From a virus (lineage: Duplodnaviria > Heunggongvirae > Uroviricota > Caudoviricetes), in the IMG/VR virus record IMGVR_UViG_2675903352_000018, positions 1-10,369 of that record: a stretch of 10,369 nucleotides of DNA; one strand, 5' to 3'. The position numbers and the translations under genes are program-made. Shown here piece by piece: positions 6,464 to 10,369 of the stretch (the stretch's first letter is position 1; each line of letters opens with the position of its first letter). The notes beneath the pieces were generated by a model, which ran no database searches, had not been told where the DNA came from, and saw only the letters and a program-made list of their open reading frames with translations.

Positions 6464-6543
6464 CAACCACTGAATGCATTTTTCTGGCAGCAGGCTTCAT
6501 ATTCTGTGTGCTTATGCTTGCCGACATGGGACTTGTTCAATGA
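6460..6543 (+). CDS. Candidate small hydrophobic peptide (27 aa)
   Basis: ATG overlaps the orf63 stop (ATGA) and the stop overlaps the orf61 start. MTTTECIFLAAGFIFCVLMLADMGLVQ is predominantly hydrophobic and long enough for one transmembrane helix. Too short for the ORF track. Confidence 0.35.
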   Translation: MTTTECIFLAAGFIFCVLMLADMGLVQ

Positions 6544-6755
6544 CACCTCAGCAGGAAAACGCACTTCGCAGCATTGCCCGTCAGGCTAATTCTGAAATCA
6601 AAAAAGCCAGACAGCAGTTTCCGGATAAAAACGTCGATGACATTTGCCGTAGCGTACTGAAGAAGCACCGCGAAACAGTAACGCTGATGGGATTCACACC
6701 GACTCATTTAAGCCTGGCGATCGGCATGTTAAACGGCGTCTTTAAGGAGCGATGA
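6540..6755 (+). CDS. orf61: Lambda orf61-like small protein
   Basis: MTPQQENALRSIARQANSEIKKARQQFPDKNVDDICRSVLKKHRETVTLMGFTPTHLSLAIGMLNGVFKER matches lambda orf61 as recalled. The track extends the frame upstream to 6474; start chosen at ATG 6540. Confidence 0.75.
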   Translation: MTPQQENALRSIARQANSEIKKARQQFPDKNVDDICRSVLKKHRETVTLMGFTPTHLSLAIGMLNGVFKER

Positions 6756-6757
6756 AC

Positions 6758-6847
6758 ATGAAAAGCAAAATCATCAGGGAGCTACAGGCTCCTTTTTTAT
6801 TGTTCGCATTCACCCTCAAGCGTATTAACCAACAATTCAGGGATTAA
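6758..6847 (+). CDS. Candidate small ORF (29 aa)
   Basis: RBS aaggag (6744..6749) 8 nt before ATG 6758. MKSKIIRELQAPFLLFAFTLKRINQQFRD fills the gap between orf61 and the zinc-finger gene. Confidence 0.3.
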   Translation: MKSKIIRELQAPFLLFAFTLKRINQQFRD

Positions 6848-6853
6848 TGGAAG

Positions 6854-7075
6854 ATGGCAGACATCATTGATTCAGCATCAGAAATTGAAGAATTACAGCG
6901 CAACACAGCAATAAAAATGCACCGCCTGAACCACCAGGCTATATCTGCCACTCATTGTTGTGAGTGTGGCGATCCGATAGATGAACTAAGACGCCTGGCT
7001 GTTCAGGGTTGTCGGACTTGTGCAAGTTGCCAAGAGGATCTGGAGCTTATCAGTAAACAGAGAGGTTCGAAGTGA
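6854..7075 (+). CDS. TraR/DksA-family C4 zinc-finger protein
   Basis: 73 aa with the CxxC-N17-CxxC signature (CECGDPIDELRRLAVQGCRTCASCQ) typical of the TraR/DksA family. Lambda has a TraR-like Orf73 in this region, as far as I recall. Confidence 0.8.
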   Translation: MADIIDSASEIEELQRNTAIKMHRLNHQAISATHCCECGDPIDELRRLAVQGCRTCASCQEDLELISKQRGSK

Positions 7076-7677
7076 GCGAAATTAACTCTCAGGCACTGCG
7101 TGAAGCGGCAGAGCAAGCAATGCATGACGACTGGGGATTTGATGCGGACCTTTTCCATGAGCTGGTAACACCATCGATTGTGCTGGCACTGCTGGATGAA
7201 CGGGAAAGAAACCAGCAATACATCAAACGCCGCGACCAGGAGAACGAGGATATTGCGCTAACGGTAGGGAAACTGCGTGTTGAGCTTGAGGAGACAAAAT
7301 CAAAACTCAACGAGCAGCGTGAATATTACGAAGGTGTTATCTCGGATGGGAGTAAGCGTATTGCTGAACTGGAGAAAAGCGAAGAGCAACTCATTAACGA
7401 GCGTGACCATGCTGAGTCTGCTTTAGATGATATGTACTTTGCAGCAACCGGGGATAGGCCGGAGTGGAGTAACTGGTTCGGCTTTTCTGATGCCGTTGAT
7501 GCCGTGGTTGACAGAATTGCTGATTTAGAAGCCAAACAGCCATCGCCAGTAGTACCGGAAGAAAAACCAATGCCTAACCCTCTTAGCATGTACGCGGTTG
7601 ATGCTGTTGCAGCTATTGCAGAGGTGAGAGGCTGGAACGCCTGCCGTGCAGCCATGCTTAAGGGAGATAAATCATGA
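7072..7677 (+). CDS. ea22: Ea22-like protein with a divergent C-terminal half
   Basis: GTG start overlapping the upstream stop (GTGA), RBS agaggt. The N-terminal ~100 aa (MSEINSQALREAAEQAMHDDWGFDADLFHELVTPSIVLALLDERERNQQYIKRRDQENEDIALTVGKLRVELEE...) match lambda Ea22 as recalled. The C-terminal half, from about 7400, does not. Confidence 0.75.
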   Translation: MSEINSQALREAAEQAMHDDWGFDADLFHELVTPSIVLALLDERERNQQYIKRRDQENEDIALTVGKLRVELEETKSKLNEQREYYEGVISDGSKRIAELEKSEEQLINERDHAESALDDMYFAATGDRPEWSNWFGFSDAVDAVVDRIADLEAKQPSPVVPEEKPMPNPLSMYAVDAVAAIAEVRGWNACRAAMLKGDKS

Positions 7678-8036
7678 TTAATCGAACCAAACTGGAGCAC
7701 ATCCTCGAGTATGCCAGGCAGCAGAGGCGCTTTGGCCAGCTTTGTAAAATTCTGCCAGGAGATATGGTTGAAATCGTGGAGATTGCCATGCGTAAGACTG
7801 GCAACTCTCCGGTAACTCCGGATAGTTGGATAAGCTGTAGTGAGCGAATGCCGAACGATAAACAGTATGTTTGGTGTTGGGGTAAGTCTTACGGCTGGAC
7901 TGAGTGCAATACCTTCGAAGGGTATTACGATTGGTCGAGAAACAAATGGTGGGCAGTTACTGACGATGGGGAAGAACCGGCATCAAAAGTAACCCACTGG
8001 ATGCCGCTGCCAGAACCGCCGCAGGAGGCAAAATGA
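7674..8036 (+). CDS. DUF551-domain phage protein
   Basis: 120 aa. C-terminal region WISCSERMPNDKQYVWCW...THWMPLPEPP resembles the DUF551 signature. Start overlaps the ea22 stop (ATGA), RBS agggag. Confidence 0.7.
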   Translation: MINRTKLEHILEYARQQRRFGQLCKILPGDMVEIVEIAMRKTGNSPVTPDSWISCSERMPNDKQYVWCWGKSYGWTECNTFEGYYDWSRNKWWAVTDDGEEPASKVTHWMPLPEPPQEAK

Positions 8037-8293
8037 TGGATGTAAAAGAGAAGGTTTTGCAGGTGATGCGTTCTCGGGCTGCCCTGCAAGATAAAGCTCT
8101 CGGCGGGGAATATCCATTCACGATAGCAACCTGGAATCTGCGGTTGGCAATGGAGAAGGAATTTCCTGATGAAGAATGGCGTTCGGCAGATTTGCGCAAA
8201 ATTCTTATGGAGATGGCTAAAGACGGAACAGTATCTAAAGATAACCATGCCAGCCGGATTGGTCAGGCGATATGGAGACTGGAGGTGAGGTAA
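8033..8293 (+). CDS. Hypothetical protein (86 aa)
   Basis: RBS aggagg (8023..8028). Start overlaps the upstream stop and the stop overlaps the downstream start (TAATG). No family recognised. Confidence 0.65.
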   Translation: MMDVKEKVLQVMRSRAALQDKALGGEYPFTIATWNLRLAMEKEFPDEEWRSADLRKILMEMAKDGTVSKDNHASRIGQAIWRLEVR

Positions 8294-8577
8294 TGGCTAA
8301 CCTGCAACTTGCCGTCAAAGGTGAATACTTCGATGCCATGATTCGTGGAGAGAAAACGGAAGAGTATCGCCTGTGTAATGACTACTGGAATAAGCGAATC
8401 ATGCTCCGGGAATATGACCGCCTGATTATCACAAAGGGATATCCGAAGCGCGACGATTCCAGCCGTAGAATTGATGTTACGTATGACGGATATGAAATCA
8501 AGACAATCACACATTCGCACTTCGGTGATAAACCGGTAAAGGTGTTCGCGATAAAGGTGAATATCAGCAATGAATAA
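8293..8577 (+). CDS. Hypothetical protein, possibly ASCH/PUA-like (DUF3850-like)
   Basis: RBS ggaggtgagg (8281..8290) then ATG 8293. MANLQLAVKGEYFDAMIRGEKTEEYRLCNDYWNKRI...HFGDKPVKVFAIKV resembles the ASCH-like KxEYFxAIxxGxKTxExR pattern; the fold assignment is tentative. The track start at 8272 lies inside the upstream gene. Confidence 0.6.
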   Translation: MANLQLAVKGEYFDAMIRGEKTEEYRLCNDYWNKRIMLREYDRLIITKGYPKRDDSSRRIDVTYDGYEIKTITHSHFGDKPVKVFAIKVNISNE

Positions 8578-8611
8578 CAATCCTCGCACTCGCGGGGATT
8601 TCTTTTATCTG

Positions 8612-8636
8612 AACTCGCTACGGCGAGTTTTGTTTT
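8612..8636 (+). terminator. Intrinsic terminator-like hairpin within the operon
   Basis: aactcgc-tacg-gcgagtt stem-loop followed by ttgtttt. Confidence 0.45.
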
Positions 8637-8649
8637 ATGGAGACAAGAA

Positions 8650-8994
8650 ATGTCAGATTTGGCTATGAAGGTTTTGAAATGGCAATCGACTGGCGATGTT
8701 GGCATTAGTAGCGCAACTCTTGCCTCAATCGCATGTGGACTGAAAAAGAATATCTATGGTCATCACTTCGGCGCTCCACATGACGCAGCATACTTCCGGC
8801 GATGCGTTGCACTTGTTGAGCAGATTCCAGAAATCAGAGATTCATTCGACAAGGTTGCAAAGCGCGTTCCGGCATTCAAAGGCATCCTCAACGAATGGGA
8901 TTCCCTCGTTGCTCTGTTGAAGTCTGAAATGAAGATACACGGAAACAAAGCACCAGAGACTTACAGAAGAATCAGCGAGCTACGCAAGGACTAA
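8650..8994 (+). CDS. Hypothetical protein (114 aa)
   Basis: RBS ggag (8637..8640), ATG 8650. No family recognised. Same strand and operon as the flanking genes. Confidence 0.65.
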   Translation: MSDLAMKVLKWQSTGDVGISSATLASIACGLKKNIYGHHFGAPHDAAYFRRCVALVEQIPEIRDSFDKVAKRVPAFKGILNEWDSLVALLKSEMKIHGNKAPETYRRISELRKD

Positions 8995-9052
8995 CCACAG
9001 CCTCACACTCGATGAGGCCTGTTCATTTCTCAAGATATCCAGACCTACCATT

Positions 9053-9072
9053 GCCGCATCAATGCGGCTTTT
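9053..9072 (+). terminator. Terminator-like hairpin upstream of xis
   Basis: gccgca-tcaa-tgcggc stem-loop followed by TTTT. A second hairpin gcctca-cactcga-tgaggc lies at 9000..9018. Confidence 0.4.
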
Positions 9073-9099
9073 CTTGCGTGTAATTGCGGAGACTTTGCG

Positions 9100-9318
9100 A
9101 TGTACTTGACACTTCAGGAGTGGAACGCACGCCAGCGGCGCCCAAGGAGCCTTGAAACAGTTCGTCGATGGGTACGCGAGTGCAGGATATTCCCTCCTCC
9201 GGTTAAGGATGGAAGAGAGTATCTGTTCCACGAATCAGCGGTAAAGGTTGACTTAAATCGACCAGTAACAGGTAGCCTTTTGAAGAGGATCAAAAATGGG
9301 AAGAAGGCGAAGTTATGA
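9100..9318 (+). CDS. xis: Excisionase Xis
   Basis: 72 aa, MYLTLQEWNARQRRPRSLETVRRWVRECRIFPPPVKDGREYLFHESAVKVDLNRPVTG... essentially identical to lambda Xis. Overlaps the int start as in lambda. Confidence 0.92.
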   Translation: MYLTLQEWNARQRRPRSLETVRRWVRECRIFPPPVKDGREYLFHESAVKVDLNRPVTGSLLKRIKNGKKAKL

Positions 9319-10369
9319 GCGCCGGGATTTACCCCCTAACCTTTATATAAGAAACAATGGATATTACTGCTACAGGGACCCAAGGACGGGTAAAGAGTTC
9401 GGATTAGGCAGAGACAGAAGGATAGCAGTTTCAGAGGCTATTCAGGCCAATATTGAGTTGCTATCCGAGAACAGGCGTGAGTCACTGATAGACAGAATTA
9501 AAGGCGCTGACGCAATCACTCTTCATGTGTGGCTTGACCGATATGAAAGAATCCTCACCGAAAGGGGGATCAGGCCGAAAACTCTACTCGACTACGCCAG
9601 TAAAATCAGGGCAATCCGAAGAAAATTGCCGGACAAACCGCTCACTGACATATCAACGAAAGAAGTGGCAGCAATGCTAAACACCTACGTAGCAGAAGGT
9701 AAAGCAGCTTCCGCAAAATTAATCAGGTCAACCCTTGTTGACGTTTTTCGTGAAGCAATAGCCGAGGGGCATGTGGCAACGAATCCGGTAACAGCAACCC
9801 GTACAGCAAAGTCAGAAGTAAGGCGCTCAAGGCTGACAGCTAATGAGTATGTCGAGATTTACCATGCAGCCGAACCTCTCCCTATCTGGCTAAGGCTGGC
9901 GATGGATTTGGCTGTCGTTACAGGGCAGAGAGTGGGCGATTTGTGCAGAATAAAATGGTCAGACATAAACGACAACCATCTTCACATTGAACAGAGTAAA
10001 ACAGGGGCTAAGCTCGCCATTCCGCTAACGCTAACGATTGACGCGCTCAATATCTCATTGGCTGATACACTACAGAAATGCAGGGAGGCCAGCGGCAGTG
10101 AAACTATAATCGCATCAAAGCATCACGATCCGCTTTCCCCGAAAACAGTATCGAAGTATTTTACAAAGGCGAGAAATGCATCTGGACTCTCATTTGATGG
10201 AGACCCGCCAACATTTCATGAACTGCGTAGCCTGTCAGCGAGGCTATACCGGAATCAGATTGGCGATAAGTTTGCTCAACGTCTTCTCGGACATAAATCA
10301 GATTCAATGGCTGCGCGGTATAGGGACAGCCGAGGGAGAGAATGGGACAAAATTGAAATCAACAAATGA
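9296..10369 (+). CDS. int: Tyrosine integrase Int (lambda Int family)
   Basis: 357 aa. N-terminus MGRRRSYERRDLPPNLYIRNNGYYCYRDPRTGKEFGLGRDRR matches the lambda Int arm-binding domain. The C-terminal catalytic region has the HELRSL...LLGH...Y motifs. Stop codon is the last triplet of the window, so attP lies beyond it. Confidence 0.95.
   Translation: MGRRRSYERRDLPPNLYIRNNGYYCYRDPRTGKEFGLGRDRRIAVSEAIQANIELLSENRRESLIDRIKGADAITLHVWLDRYERILTERGIRPKTLLDYASKIRAIRRKLPDKPLTDISTKEVAAMLNTYVAEGKAASAKLIRSTLVDVFREAIAEGHVATNPVTATRTAKSEVRRSRLTANEYVEIYHAAEPLPIWLRLAMDLAVVTGQRVGDLCRIKWSDINDNHLHIEQSKTGAKLAIPLTLTIDALNISLADTLQKCREASGSETIIASKHHDPLSPKTVSKYFTKARNASGLSFDGDPPTFHELRSLSARLYRNQIGDKFAQRLLGHKSDSMAARYRDSRGREWDKIEINK

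Noticed and set aside
4384-6564. Multiple antisense or alternate-frame ORFs across gam, bet, exo and orf60a/63/61 (for example 4619..5095, 5221..5514, 5800..6111, 5994..6284, 6342..6527)
   Set aside because: All overlap strongly supported lambda-type genes; they are frame shadows of GC-richer coding sequence.
7003-9231. Minus-strand ORFs overlapping ea22, the DUF551 gene, the small unknowns and xis (for example 7326..7700, 7925..8248, 8263..8589, 8382..8705, 8980..9231)
   Set aside because: They are antisense to a continuous, translationally coupled plus-strand operon and have no independent start signals.
1-10369. CRISPR arrays, tRNA or rRNA genes, and IS or transposase elements
   Set aside because: No spaced identical repeats beyond the ori iterons, no tRNA-like cloverleaf candidates and no transposase-like ORFs were seen. 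The only insertion-like element is the cassette in N, which encodes no transposase.
10360-10369. attP core downstream of int
   Set aside because: The window ends at the int stop codon, so the attachment site cannot be assessed.

Overview
This window is the early-left arm of a lambdoid (lambda-like) prophage, running from the 5' part of replication gene O at the left edge to the stop codon of integrase at the right edge. On the minus strand it carries O (partial, with ori iterons), a CII-family activator, nutR and cro. On the plus strand it carries a P22 C2-type cI repressor, pL/oL, nutL, an N antiterminator with a phi21-type arginine-rich motif, and a tightly packed pL operon: ea10, cIII, kil, gam, bet, exo, orf60a/63/61, a TraR/DksA-like zinc finger, an ea22-like gene, a DUF551 protein, three small unknown genes, xis and int. 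Protein identities were assigned by reading the translations and comparing them with lambda, P22 and phi21 sequences from memory; nothing was searched. The most interesting part is the N-to-ea10 interval, which in lambda holds ral and sieB. Here a visibly AT-rich 472-bp cassette bounded by a 10-bp direct repeat sits precisely inside the 3' end of N. It gives N a new C-terminus, carries an unrecognised 112-aa ORF and its own terminator, and leaves the displaced original N 3' end intact downstream. A second unrecognised 156-aa ORF follows immediately. These two genes are the best candidates for an undescribed accessory (defense or anti-defense) function, but their function cannot be established from sequence alone. 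No tRNA, rRNA, CRISPR or IS element was seen.
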